64,000 bases of DNA from Patescibacteria group bacterium (GTDB taxonomy: Bacteria; Patescibacteriota; Microgenomatia; 0-14-0-10-38-17): NCBI GenBank assembly GCA_050947035.1, contig JBMNVW010000002.1, positions 4,820-68,819 on the forward strand, written 5' to 3'. The position numbers and the translations under genes are program-made. Within the stretch, counting starts at the first letter, position 1, and each line of letters opens with the position of its first letter. Under the pieces are notes generated by a model. The model made no database searches. It was not told the DNA's origin and saw nothing but the letters and a program-made list of their open reading frames with translations. Shown here piece after piece: positions 50,433 to 60,686 of this stretch.

Positions 50433-51455
50433 TCAGCGGCCAATTTTAATCGCCAACTCGACTAAACGGCAGGAGTAAGCCCATTCGTTATCATACCAGG
50501 CCGAAAGGTAAAGTAAATCATCACTAACCACCTTTGTCGAAGCGGCGTCAATAACCGCCGAAGATGGCCGACCAATAATATCAGAAGAAACCAAAGGATC
50601 GTAAGAAACGGTTAAAATCCCCATCAACTCTTTAGCGGCTTTCTTTTCCAACATTTGATTAACTTCATCAACAGAAACAAAGCGCTTAGTCTTAAAAATA
50701 AAGGTTGAGTAAGAACCACAGACAATCGGCGCCCGAATTGCGGTGGCGGCAAATCGACCAGCAACAGCCGGATACACTGCTTCCACTGATTTGGCCGCTC
50801 CTGTTCCAGTCGGCACCAAATTTATTGCCGCTGCTCGAGCCCGTCTTAAATCCTTACCGGAACCGTCAACCACTTGTTGGCTAGCAGTATAAGCGTGAAT
50901 CGTGGTCATTAAAGCCTCCTGAAAACCAATTTCTTGATCAATAATCTTGACAATGGGAGCCACACAATTAGTCGTGCAGGAAGCGTTAGAAATTAATTTT
51001 TGCTTATCATATTGATCGTCATTAACTCCTAAAACAAAAGTGGGGATAGTTTTATCTTTTGGCGGCGCCGAAAGAATTACTTTTTTAGCTTTGCCTAAAA
51101 AATGGCTTTCTGCCTTTCTATTTAAAAAAGCTCCCGTGCATTCTAAAACCGTGTCAACTTTATAATCCTTCCAGGAAATTTTAGCCGGATCTCTCTGGGC
51201 CAAAACTGGATACTCATCTTTACCAATCTTAATTCGACCAATTTCTGCTGATTCCTTAGGCGGCAGAGCCACCACCTCTTCCGGCCAAGTGCCATAAACG
51301 CTATCGTGTTTAAAAAGATGGGCCCAACCAGCCGTATCCATAGACCCTGAGGTGTTAATCGCTGTTACCTTAACTTTTTTGCGATAATTTTTTCTTATCG
51401 TTCTTAAAGTAACTCGACCAATTCGGCCAAAACCGGTAATTGCAAGATTTAGCAT
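50433..51455 (-). CDS. gap: Glyceraldehyde-3-phosphate dehydrogenase (type I)
   Basis: GFGRIGR, SNASCTTNC, WYDNEWAYS. Confidence 0.97.
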   Translation of the reverse strand: MLNLAITGFGRIGRVTLRTIRKNYRKKVKVTAINTSGSMDTAGWAHLFKHDSVYGTWPEEVVALPPKESAEIGRIKIGKDEYPVLAQRDPAKISWKDYKVDTVLECTGAFLNRKAESHFLGKAKKVILSAPPKDKTIPTFVLGVNDDQYDKQKLISNASCTTNCVAPIVKIIDQEIGFQEALMTTIHAYTASQQVVDGSGKDLRRARAAAINLVPTGTGAAKSVEAVYPAVAGRFAATAIRAPIVCGSYSTFIFKTKRFVSVDEVNQMLEKKAAKELMGILTVSYDPLVSSDIIGRPSSAVIDAASTKVVSDDLLYLSAWYDNEWAYSCRLVELAIKIGR

Positions 51456-51464
51456 AACTTTCAA

Positions 51465-51591
51465 AAATTTCTAATTTCTAATTTCTAATGTTTCAATGAC
51501 TAAAGCTTTGGGATTTATAATCTGAAATTTAGAATTTATTTGGTTATTGGAATTTGAGATTTGTTTGGAAATTGGGTTAATTGGAAATTGG
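51465..51591. repeat. Heptamer-repeat imperfect hairpin filling the pgk-gap gap
   Basis: (aatttct)3 ... tttgtttggaaattgggttaattggaaattgg; related elements at ~18975, 33951, 44784, 47555, 53135, 53879, 61434. Confidence 0.8.
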
Positions 51592-52662
51592 TTATTTTGC
51601 CAGGGCTTCTATCCCTGGCAAAGTTCCCTTGGCCAAAAAGTCTAACATCGCCCCACCACCGGAAGCAATATAATTTATACTATCAATAAGCTCTAACCTC
51701 GTCAATGCTGCTTGGGTATCGCCTCCACCGGCCACCACAAATCCCCCTGAGGCAATAGCGGCCTCAAATAAAGCCCTAGTCCCCCGATAATGGCCTTGGT
51801 CGGTGTTTCCTACCGGACCGGCCAAAACTACTGTCTTGGCCTGAATAATTTTTTTTCTAAAATTAGCAATTGTTTGCTTATCTAAATCCTGCTTATCCTT
51901 GGTAAGGCGGCCAGGAAAAACTTTTTTACTTTCTAAAAGTTTAGTAAAACCGGAAATTTTTTCTGGTAATAAGCCTCCTAATAAAATTTGATCAGCCCAA
52001 TCAAGCATTTGGCTGGTAAATTCTAATTTATCTTCTTTTACTCCACCAATTACCAAAATAAGGGGGCGAGCCGGATTATTTAACAAAGAGGTTAGGCTAT
52101 TAATTTCTTTTTCTAAGGTCAGTCCGGAGGCTGAAGGTAAAAGTTTAGGTAACCCCACTACTGAAGCGTGCTTCCGATGAGAAACAGAAAAAGCATCGTT
52201 AATATAAAAATTGCCTAACTTAGCTAATCTTTTAGCAAAAACCGGGTCGTTATCTTCTTCGCCAGAATAAAAACGTAAATTTTCTAACAATAATATTTGT
52301 CCTTTTTCTAATTTTTTTGTCCAGCTTTGGGTTAAATTGCCAATTGTTTTTGGAGAGAAAAGAATCTTTTTCTTATAACCAATCAAGCCAAAGGCAAGCT
52401 CATTTAATTTTTGGGCCACCGGAGCAAGAGAAAATTGAGAATCAGATTCTTTTTGGGGCCGACCAAGGTGAGAAAGTAGAATCACCCTAGCCCCAGCCTC
52501 AATCAAAAATCTTAAAGTTGGCAAGGATAATCTAATCCGCTCATCATCAACAACCGCCAACTCTCCCTTATCGTTTTCTTTTAAAGAAACATTATAATCT
52601 ACCCGTACCAAAACTCGTAAACCATCAAAAACTGAAGGAGAAAAAGAACTTAAAGCTTTCAT
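51592..52662 (-). CDS. pgk: Phosphoglycerate kinase
   Basis: RVDYNV, SHLGRP, LENLRF, NDAFSVSHR, GGGDT, SGGGA. Confidence 0.96.
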   Translation of the reverse strand: MKALSSFSPSVFDGLRVLVRVDYNVSLKENDKGELAVVDDERIRLSLPTLRFLIEAGARVILLSHLGRPQKESDSQFSLAPVAQKLNELAFGLIGYKKKILFSPKTIGNLTQSWTKKLEKGQILLLENLRFYSGEEDNDPVFAKRLAKLGNFYINDAFSVSHRKHASVVGLPKLLPSASGLTLEKEINSLTSLLNNPARPLILVIGGVKEDKLEFTSQMLDWADQILLGGLLPEKISGFTKLLESKKVFPGRLTKDKQDLDKQTIANFRKKIIQAKTVVLAGPVGNTDQGHYRGTRALFEAAIASGGFVVAGGGDTQAALTRLELIDSINYIASGGGAMLDFLAKGTLPGIEALAK

Positions 52663-52685
52663 TCTCTATAATATTAGTACTATTT

Positions 52686-53132
52686 TTAATTAGAAATTTT
52701 TTCTATTTTTTCTAATCGTCGTTTATGTCTTTCTTGACCAGAAAATTGGGTTTCTAAAAAAACCTTAACCAATTTTTTGGCTTGATTAAAATTAACAAAA
52801 TCAGCCGGTAAAGCTAAGCAATTAATATCATCAAGGGCCCGGCCATGATAGACTTGTTTTTTATCAAAACCAAGCCCGCAACGGACCCTGTCAAAACGAT
52901 TAACAACAATATCAACTCCAATGCCAGAACCACAAAGAACAAGTCCTCGACTTTGAGGGTTATCACTTAAAGACTTGGCTAACTTTTTGGCAAAATCAGG
53001 ATAATCATCATCGGCATCAAAAACTAAATTGCCAAAATCCTTAACCTGATATCCTCGTTTTTCTAACCACGCTTTTAGCTTTTGTTTCAAGGCAAATCCG
53101 CGATGGTCAGTAGCAAGATAAACTAACACCAT
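52686..53132 (-). CDS. rpiB: Ribose-5-phosphate isomerase B
   Basis: TDHRG, DYPDFA, CGSGIG, RHKRRL. Confidence 0.93.
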   Translation of the reverse strand: MVLVYLATDHRGFALKQKLKAWLEKRGYQVKDFGNLVFDADDDYPDFAKKLAKSLSDNPQSRGLVLCGSGIGVDIVVNRFDRVRCGLGFDKKQVYHGRALDDINCLALPADFVNFNQAKKLVKVFLETQFSGQERHKRRLEKIEKISN

Positions 53133-53206
53133 ATTTCAATTTCCAATTGAATATTGGTCCAATAAGACCTATCAGACCAATATTATCTATAATTTTTAAT
53201 TTTTTT

Positions 53207-53869
53207 CTAAATACCAGATGCTAACTCTCTTAACTTCTCTTCCGGATTATCAGCCAAAACCACTGCCGATGAAATCAATACTCCTCTAGCGCCCATTTTT
53301 TTAGCTAGTAAAACATCTTCCCGACTATTAATTCCGGCCCCCACAACAAGGGGAACGTTTTTTTCTTTGGCTATAATAATTGCTTTACGAACCGACCCGG
53401 GAGATGCTTTAGTAATAGAATCTGGACCACCAATCAGCTCCTTTATTTCATAAGCCAAATAGTCTGGTTTAGCAAAAACAAGTTTCTTTAATTGGCCCAA
53501 GGTTTCTCCACAAACCATCGCTCCAAAATCATTATTAACATCTTTGGCTCTTCTGATAATTTGTTTTATTGTCCCCGGAGGAAGACGATGCTCTGAATGG
53601 TTAAGCAGGGTTCCTGTTGCCCCAGAAGCCATAAGCGCCTCTAAATTAATCCAACCCGTGGCCTGGCCCGGTTTTTGCCAATCGGCATGCTGAGCCCAGA
53701 CTGGCCCTTCAATCGCCTGACTAATCCGAAGCAAGTCTACTGTCTGGACAAGAGGAATAATTTCTACCTTTTTATTTTGAGCAACCCGATGGCAAATTTT
53801 GGCCAAACGCAAAGCCTTCTCTCCCGTCGCTTCGGGATAAGTTTTAAAGTTGATAAATATTTTAAACAC
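53207..53869 (-). CDS. tpiA: Triosephosphate isomerase (short, archaeal-type)
   Basis: INFKTY, WAQH, LLNHSEH, AYE, GAGI. Confidence 0.92.
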   Translation of the reverse strand: MFKIFINFKTYPEATGEKALRLAKICHRVAQNKKVEIIPLVQTVDLLRISQAIEGPVWAQHADWQKPGQATGWINLEALMASGATGTLLNHSEHRLPPGTIKQIIRRAKDVNNDFGAMVCGETLGQLKKLVFAKPDYLAYEIKELIGGPDSITKASPGSVRKAIIIAKEKNVPLVVGAGINSREDVLLAKKMGARGVLISSAVVLADNPEEKLRELASGI

Positions 53870-54008
53870 TCTGATTAAAAATTTCTAATTCTTAATTTCT
53901 ATTCAATTTTTAATGATTTAATGTTCAATTATCGCTTGTAATTTAAGATTTAAAATTGGGGCTTGGTGTTTTTTTGATTTCATTAGAATAATTCTAATAA
54001 TTTAAAAA

Positions 54009-54299
54009 TCATATTCCTAGCTTTTTTCTCCCTTCTTCACTCATTCTCTCCGGACTCCAAGGCGGATCAAAAACTAACTTCACCTCAACCTCTTTAATTT
54101 CTTCTAGTTTACTAATTTTTTCTTTCACTTGATCGGTTAGCTTTAGCATAAACGGACAACCGGGAGTGGTTAGGGTCATTTTAATTACTGCCTTTCCCTT
54201 TTTAAAAGTAACCTCATAAATTAAACCTAAATCCCAAATGCTAATATCCATTTCTGGATCAGAGATTTCTTTTAGGGCGTTAATTATTTTTTCCTTCAT
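54009..54299 (-). CDS. DUF59/SufT-like Fe-S assembly protein
   Basis: DPEMDISIWDLGLIY, MTLTTPGCP, FDPPWSPERMS. Confidence 0.9.
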   Translation of the reverse strand: MKEKIINALKEISDPEMDISIWDLGLIYEVTFKKGKAVIKMTLTTPGCPFMLKLTDQVKEKISKLEEIKEVEVKLVFDPPWSPERMSEEGRKKLGI

Positions 54300-54317
54300 A
54301 ATTTTATTCTAACATCT

Positions 54318-55172
54318 TCACTCTTGATCAACCATTTCTTTGGCCTGAGAAATAATTTTTTTGCTTTTGTGGCCAATTAACTTTTGCCAAGCCAAATTAT
54401 TAACCAGATCCTGACAAAAAATTAATCCTTCCTTAAGTAAGATTCGTTTATCCTCAGGTGATAGGCTTGGCAAGCAGGTTAAAGGATGCTTGTTGCTCTT
54501 GTCAATCAAATCAGGCAAGGCTCTACCTTTAGGGTAATCCCAAGACAAAACCGCCAAACCGACACACTGGCAATATTTGAGCGCCTCTGAAGTTACTCGA
54601 GAATTAGTGGCTAATAATCCTTTAGTAAAGCGGTCCGGGGTACCAAAAACCGTCAATCTTGTTTCTTGCAAGTCATAAAATCGAGCCCAAATATAAAGGG
54701 CTGTTTTTAGAGCCACCTTAATACCGGCTCTACCATGAAACTTACACTCAATCAAATAACAGGCCGGTTCCTTCGATTGGGCCAAATAGTCTGAGAAGTT
54801 TGTTTTAGCAATAACATCTACCTCATGATCGACACATTTGCCAGACAAAACTTGAGAAACTTTAACTTGATAATCAAAAGACTCCAGCAGTTTAGCTAAA
54901 AAAGCCTCAAAAGGATAGCCAGTCGGACCCAAATCAATAATCGCCTGTTTAAGATTGTACTTGGAGGCCAAAAGAGACTTTTCTTGTTTTAACCAGGCAA
55001 AAACTAACCGATAAATTTCCTTCGTGGTTATTCCTGAATAAATTTTTTTATTTAACTTTCTAATAATTTTTTCTTCGGTCGCCTTTTTTGCTCCCGCCTT
55101 AGCCAAAGATCGCCTAACCTTACTTTCCGAAAAAGGCTCTCTTTCCCCGGATCGTTTAACAACCTCAATCAT
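54318..55172 (-). CDS. ATP-cone domain plus Mrr-like restriction-endonuclease domain protein
   Basis: VVKRSGEREPF ATP-cone; GPTGYPFE, HEVDVIA, IECKFH (PD-D/ExK). Confidence 0.8.
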   Translation of the reverse strand: MIEVVKRSGEREPFSESKVRRSLAKAGAKKATEEKIIRKLNKKIYSGITTKEIYRLVFAWLKQEKSLLASKYNLKQAIIDLGPTGYPFEAFLAKLLESFDYQVKVSQVLSGKCVDHEVDVIAKTNFSDYLAQSKEPACYLIECKFHGRAGIKVALKTALYIWARFYDLQETRLTVFGTPDRFTKGLLATNSRVTSEALKYCQCVGLAVLSWDYPKGRALPDLIDKSNKHPLTCLPSLSPEDKRILLKEGLIFCQDLVNNLAWQKLIGHKSKKIISQAKEMVDQE

Positions 55173-56248
55173 TTGCTTTTATTTTTAATAAACAAAACTG
55201 CTAAAAAGGTAGTAATCGGTACCGCCGCTACCAAGCCAATACTACCCACTAAAATTCTAACTACTTCTTCAGCGATAATTTCGTAATTAACTACCAACGA
55301 TAATCTTTGGTTACTATTAATAAATAACAACAATAATGGTAAAGAAGCGCCAGTATAAACCAGTACTAAAGTATTAACCATGGAGGCAATATGGTCTCGA
55401 CCAATAGACAAACTTTCTTGAAATAATTTTTTAGATTTAATTTTAGGATTAACCTTTTTTAATTTCTCTACGATCGCACTTTGAGAAATAGTTACATCAT
55501 CCAAAACACCTAAGGCACCAATAATAATTCCTGCTAGAACCAGTCCTTGCGGATTAATTAAACCCTGATGAGAAATCGACAAAAAACCAGCCTCCTCAGA
55601 AGATAAACCAGATATATTAGTCCCTTTAACAAAAATTTGCGCTAAAACCCCTGTTATAACCAAAGCAATTACTGTCGAAGCGGCGGCAATTGTTGTTTTT
55701 CGGCTAAAACCATGAGCTGAATAAAACAATAATGGCACCATCAGAACTGAAACCGCTATGCTGACTAAAACAGGATCTTTGCCTTGGTTAATTGGCGGCA
55801 AAATTAAAAAACCAACCACCAAAAATGATAACACCAAACCAATCAAAGAAGAAAACCCCTTAATTCCTCCCACCACTAAAACAAGCAAAACAAAAATTAT
55901 TGCCAACAAAATTAATTTAGGCCGACGGACATAATCGGCAATATAAAAAATGTTATTACCTTCCATGTCTGTTGACAAAGCCAGGACAATCTTGTCGCCT
56001 GTTTTAAATTTCTGGCTAGTTAAGGGATCATAAAACCCTGTTTCCACAGTCAATTTTTGCCCGGCAAAACGCCCATCCTTAACCAAAACTGAAACTTCTT
56101 GATAAAATTGACCAAGCTCTTGCTTCTGATCTAAAATCTCAACAATTTCCCCTTCCATTAATACTTCTTCTTGAGCCCAAACAGGAGACGGGCTTAAGAA
56201 GAAGCCTAAAAACAAAAATAAAACTACTAATTTTCTCATTGCTTTCAA
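55169..56248 (-). CDS. YibE/F family membrane protein
   Basis: GALGVLDDVTISQ, GRDHIASMVNTLVLVYTGASLP. Confidence 0.9.
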   Translation of the reverse strand: MKAMRKLVVLFLFLGFFLSPSPVWAQEEVLMEGEIVEILDQKQELGQFYQEVSVLVKDGRFAGQKLTVETGFYDPLTSQKFKTGDKIVLALSTDMEGNNIFYIADYVRRPKLILLAIIFVLLVLVVGGIKGFSSLIGLVLSFLVVGFLILPPINQGKDPVLVSIAVSVLMVPLLFYSAHGFSRKTTIAAASTVIALVITGVLAQIFVKGTNISGLSSEEAGFLSISHQGLINPQGLVLAGIIIGALGVLDDVTISQSAIVEKLKKVNPKIKSKKLFQESLSIGRDHIASMVNTLVLVYTGASLPLLLLFINSNQRLSLVVNYEIIAEEVVRILVGSIGLVAAVPITTFLAVLFIKNKSK

Positions 56249-56251
56249 TTT

Positions 56252-56569
56252 TTAAGAAGACAAAGTTTGGTTAATTTCCTCCTCTAAAACTTCAGCATTT
56301 TGCAACCCCAACCATTGTTTGACTACCTGGCCATCTTTAAATAAAAATAAGGCCGGAATACTCATTATGCTATATTGACTAGCCAAACCCTGATTATCAT
56401 CAATATTAACCTTGGCGATTTTGATTTTTCCACCTATTTCTTTGGCTAAATCATCTAAAACCGGCCCCATCATCTGACAAGGTCCACACCAAGGAGCCCA
56501 AAAATCAACCAAAACTGGTAAATCCGACTCTAGCACTTCACTTTTAAAAGATTGTTGGTCTACATCCAT
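56252..56569 (-). CDS. trxA: Thioredoxin
   Basis: VDFWAPWCGPC. Confidence 0.96.
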   Translation of the reverse strand: MDVDQQSFKSEVLESDLPVLVDFWAPWCGPCQMMGPVLDDLAKEIGGKIKIAKVNIDDNQGLASQYSIMSIPALFLFKDGQVVKQWLGLQNAEVLEEEINQTLSS

Positions 56570-56643
56570 ATTATTCACCCCCCACAAGAAACATTTTAAC
56601 ACTAAATTTGTCTTCCTTTAAGAACCATGTTAGGATAATTTTA

Positions 56644-57525
56644 ATGGGCAAAGTTACTAAAGGTATTATTGCCGCCGCCGGACGAGGAACTCGCTTTCTT
56701 CCTGTTACTAAAGCTTATCCCAAAGAGCTACTTGCTATTCTTGATAAACCCAATATTCAATACTTGGTCGAGGAAATGATTGGAGCAGGAATTTCCGAAA
56801 TTAATATTGTTCATCGACCGGGTGATAAAAAAATCGCCCAATATTTTACCCCTGATCAAGAACTAAAAAAATTCTTAAAAGATAATAATAAAGAATCATT
56901 TCTGTCTAGCCTAGAAGAAATCTGGAATAAGGCCAATATTTATTTTACTCCCCAAGACCCAAATCTTCCTTATGGTAATGCTTCTCCAATACTATCAGTT
57001 AAAAAATTTATTGGCGATGACCCCTTTGTCTATATGTTTGGTGATGATCTGGTTGTTGAAAAAAAACCGGGTAACTATCTTGCCTCTTTAATTAAAACTT
57101 ACCAAAAATATCAACCGGCAGTAATTTTAGGCGCTCAAGAGGTGCCATGGGAAGAGATTGATCGTTACGCCAGCATAAAATACATTGATGATCCCAAATA
57201 TCCTCACCGGGCCGTTGAAGTTTTAGAAAAATTGCCCTCTAACGAAGCCCCGTCCAATGTAGCTCAGTTCGGCCGTTTTATTGTTTCTAATAAAATTTTT
57301 CCTGTTTTAGAAAAACAAGAATTATCACGCGATAATGAACTCTGGTTTGCTGATGCTAACAACACCCTGGCCAAAGAGGATGTTGCCATTGCTGAGCCAA
57401 TTACTGACGGGGAATGGTTAACCACTGGCGATCCTCTGCGTTGGCTAAAAGTAAATCTAGTTTTGGCTCTTAAAGATAAAAAATTATCAGCTGATATCAA
57501 AGAATTTTTAACTAAAAATATCTAA
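56644..57525 (+). CDS. galU: UTP--glucose-1-phosphate uridylyltransferase-like nucleotidyltransferase
   Basis: AAGRGTRFLPVTKAYPKELL, FGDD. Confidence 0.8.
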   Translation: MGKVTKGIIAAAGRGTRFLPVTKAYPKELLAILDKPNIQYLVEEMIGAGISEINIVHRPGDKKIAQYFTPDQELKKFLKDNNKESFLSSLEEIWNKANIYFTPQDPNLPYGNASPILSVKKFIGDDPFVYMFGDDLVVEKKPGNYLASLIKTYQKYQPAVILGAQEVPWEEIDRYASIKYIDDPKYPHRAVEVLEKLPSNEAPSNVAQFGRFIVSNKIFPVLEKQELSRDNELWFADANNTLAKEDVAIAEPITDGEWLTTGDPLRWLKVNLVLALKDKKLSADIKEFLTKNI

Positions 57526-57535
57526 CAATTTCTCT

Positions 57536-57874
57536 GTGGTTAATAAAGAAGTTCAGCCAGCCCGAGAAACTCCTCCCCCCGAAACTGAAGCCTGGCTAAT
57601 TGATGCTCATTCTTTTTATAATGGTTTCTGGAACGATAAACAAGAAACTTTTGAAACAACCATCATTAATCAAAAAGGCGAAAAAACCTATTGCCAAAGC
57701 GGTCAATGGGAACTTCAACACCAAGGAGAAACTATCGCCGAAGCGATTAGCTGCGTTTTTTTCGATACTGGTTTACCCTGGATAAAAATTAGCCTTGTTG
57801 CTGGCATTTCTCCGAAAAAGGAACAAGCCTTGAGATCTTCACTAAAACACTATGGAGCAATGAAGGCCGGATAA
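57536..57874 (+). CDS. Hypothetical protein
   Basis: 112-aa ORF directly downstream of and co-oriented with galU; no motif recognised. Confidence 0.55.
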   Translation: MVNKEVQPARETPPPETEAWLIDAHSFYNGFWNDKQETFETTIINQKGEKTYCQSGQWELQHQGETIAEAISCVFFDTGLPWIKISLVAGISPKKEQALRSSLKHYGAMKAG

Positions 57875-57967
57875 GCTTAAGCCCTTAATTTTAAACTAAA
57901 GAATTGCTCCTCGGATGAAGACTCCCCACTCACCAACTGACGGGCTTATAATCACGGGCTGTTGCTT

Positions 57968-58894
57968 TTAATTCTTAATCACAAACTCCACTTTTTTTCC
58001 TTTTGCTTTCGGCGCATATTCTTTTGTTAGTTTTTTAGCTTTTTCCACCACCTTATCACTAATTTCCCCCCTAACTAATGTGGTTGGGCCAGGAATATCT
58101 TTTAATTCAATCAGACAATCTCCTTTTTGGGTAGTTTTTTTAATTTCCTCATTTTCCTCGTGATTTCTGCCAATAACGATTAGAGTCTTATCAGACCAAA
58201 AATGACGACCAAGACTAGCCAGTCCCAAGCTATCAGACAAACTCTTAGGAAAAACGGCGATAATTTTAGACAGGCGCTTAGAAAAATTTTTATCGGTTAG
58301 CAAACAGCCCCCAGCTGGAGTAGTATAATTTTTTAACCCCCAATTTTGAACTAGTCTTAATTGTTCTTTTCGCGATCGGCCCTTAAGGCTAAATAATTTT
58401 CCCCTATCAAGCCAGCCTTTTTTTTCCGGTATCGTTGCTGGTAATAACTTTGCTGATAAAGGCCTAACCACCAAGCCCTCCAAGCCCGCTTCTTGGTCAA
58501 TTATTGTCAATGCTTGTTTATTTTGAGATAGGGGTCGTTGACCCAAAACATCACCGGTAACTAAAAATCTCGCTCTATTATTAGCCATTAAAGCGGCGGC
58601 TTTTTTTAACATTAATAAATGACAATCAAGACAAGGATTAAGACCAACCCCATAACCATGCTCCGGCGATAAAACTTTGTCTAATTGTTCTTGGCTAATA
58701 TCTAAAGTTCGCAAAGAAATATCCAACTCTCGAGCTTGTTTTTGGGCCGGCAAAGAAGTGTCAAAAAAATAACTTTTAAAAGTTACCCCGATTAAGTCTA
58801 TCCCCTGATCTTGAATAATTTTAGCTGCCAAAAGACTATCCAAACCTCCGGAAAGTAAAACTAAGGCAGTAATTTGCTTCTTTTCTTTGTTCAT
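57968..58894 (-). CDS. PP-loop tRNA thiolation-type enzyme (ThiI/MnmA-like)
   Basis: LSGGLDS PP-loop, NPCLDC, TGDVLGQRPLSQ, PAGGCLLTD. Confidence 0.82.
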   Translation of the reverse strand: MNKEKKQITALVLLSGGLDSLLAAKIIQDQGIDLIGVTFKSYFFDTSLPAQKQARELDISLRTLDISQEQLDKVLSPEHGYGVGLNPCLDCHLLMLKKAAALMANNRARFLVTGDVLGQRPLSQNKQALTIIDQEAGLEGLVVRPLSAKLLPATIPEKKGWLDRGKLFSLKGRSRKEQLRLVQNWGLKNYTTPAGGCLLTDKNFSKRLSKIIAVFPKSLSDSLGLASLGRHFWSDKTLIVIGRNHEENEEIKKTTQKGDCLIELKDIPGPTTLVRGEISDKVVEKAKKLTKEYAPKAKGKKVEFVIKN

Positions 58895-60627
58895 AATCGA
58901 TACCAACAATTATTAATTTTATCAATTAAGCTCTCCGCTTTAAAATGAAGGGCCGGATTGTTAGTTTGAAAATAAATTTGAGCTAAACCTGAATTAGCAG
59001 AATAAGAATGAGGGTTTATTTTTAAAGATCTTTCTAAGCTTTGTCTATACAAGTCCTCTTTTCCTAACAAACGAAAAAATCGACCTAATTTAATCAAACC
59101 CAAAGCTTGACTTTGGAAATCATCAACCAAATTTTTATTAATAACTAATTCCTCTGGCCCATTATCTAAATTAGTAAAAATAACCACATTTTCGTCAAGA
59201 TAAACCAAGCGCCATTCCTCATCTTGATAAAGATTAGTTAAAAATACTTTAGCCCAGGGGGTTTGATCAGTGTGAGAGATAAAAACTACCTCAATATTGT
59301 ACTCTTCTTTTGCTTTTTGCCAACTGTCCTTGTCTAACTGGATATTCTTATATTCTTGCCAAAAGCCAACCGGATAAGCCTCGGGTCGAGAATCAACAAA
59401 AACTCTAACATCAGGATAAAAATAGTCTAAGTAACTACCAATATCAAAATTGTTAAAAATATTCTTTTGAGGAAAATTTTTAATTAAAAAAAGAGCCGCT
59501 TCTTTGGCTGGCTGATCACCACCAAAACCAAAGTTTCGATCAGAATCCGACCAGCGATAAACTAAATTAGTAGAATAAATAAAAATTAATAAAAGGGCGG
59601 CTGATAAGCCGACTATTCTTATCCCCCAATCAAAATACTGTTTTATTTCTTGGGGAAGCTTTTTTAAAAAAAACCAAAAACTGCCTCCCCAAAGCCAAAA
59701 AGAATAAAGGGCAAAAAAAGGAAAATGACGAATTTGCTTGGCTGAAACAATTGATAAAACTAACCAGCCTGAAAAATCAAGCCATCTTTTTCTATTAAGA
59801 ATAAACAATAAGCCAAAAATAAAGCTTATTTTAAAAAAAGTAATACTGGCCCGATAACCAAAATCAGCCAAAAAGAAAATTGATTGGTTCTCGACAATTT
59901 GATAACCATAATTTTGCCAAATCAAGAACGGCGCCAGAGCTCCTTTAATAAAATTAGGATTTATTAGATTAGCCAATATGGCCAGCAATAAAGGAAGAAA
60001 AACCTTTTTTATTCCCTCTTTTGATTTAAAAATTTTATTTCGGAAAAACCAAATAAAATTTATTCCGATCAAAAAAAGACCAAAAATAAAAGAAATATGT
60101 AAATTAACCCAAAAAAGCTGCAACAACGGTAACCACCACAATAGCTTTTTCTCTCCTGACCTGGCCTTAGTAAAAATTATTAAAAAGAGAGTAAACAGTA
60201 AAAATCCAAAAATCTCCGGTCGAATATAGATCCGTTCCCGAAAAACCAACATTGGCAAGATTGACAAAAAAGCCGCCCAAGACGGCGGGGTTTTTTGAGA
60301 GACCAACCAGAAAAGACCCCCCCAGACTAAAACAAAAATAGCTGTCTTAAATAAAATTAAACCGTTATTGCCAAAATTATTATAAATTAAGGCAAAAACA
60401 ACTTCTGACAACCAATGATGATTTTGGAAAGAAAAATCTGTTTCTAGATAAGAAAAAAGATTGGTCCTGGGAATTGATTTTTCTTTTAAAATAATTTCTC
60501 CTAGTCTGATATGGCGACCCAGATCTTGATTCCACTCTACTCCTGAAGTGTGAAAAGAAAAACAAAAAACTACTAATAAAATAATTCCTAACCAAAACCA
60601 AAAAGAATAATCTTTTTTTCTTAGCAC
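58891..60627 (-). CDS. Multi-pass membrane protein (GT-C-like) with C-terminal TPR
   Basis: DLGRHIRLG, NHHWL, RPEIF, WVNLH, FVDSRPEAY; many TMs. Confidence 0.7.
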   Translation of the reverse strand: MLRKKDYSFWFWLGIILLVVFCFSFHTSGVEWNQDLGRHIRLGEIILKEKSIPRTNLFSYLETDFSFQNHHWLSEVVFALIYNNFGNNGLILFKTAIFVLVWGGLFWLVSQKTPPSWAAFLSILPMLVFRERIYIRPEIFGFLLFTLFLIIFTKARSGEKKLLWWLPLLQLFWVNLHISFIFGLFLIGINFIWFFRNKIFKSKEGIKKVFLPLLLAILANLINPNFIKGALAPFLIWQNYGYQIVENQSIFFLADFGYRASITFFKISFIFGLLFILNRKRWLDFSGWLVLSIVSAKQIRHFPFFALYSFWLWGGSFWFFLKKLPQEIKQYFDWGIRIVGLSAALLLIFIYSTNLVYRWSDSDRNFGFGGDQPAKEAALFLIKNFPQKNIFNNFDIGSYLDYFYPDVRVFVDSRPEAYPVGFWQEYKNIQLDKDSWQKAKEEYNIEVVFISHTDQTPWAKVFLTNLYQDEEWRLVYLDENVVIFTNLDNGPEELVINKNLVDDFQSQALGLIKLGRFFRLLGKEDLYRQSLERSLKINPHSYSANSGLAQIYFQTNNPALHFKAESLIDKINNCWYRL

Positions 60628-60686
60628 AAAATTTTTAAACGAAGAATTCTAATAAGTAGTCTCCTTATCAGGGACCAAGATAAATT

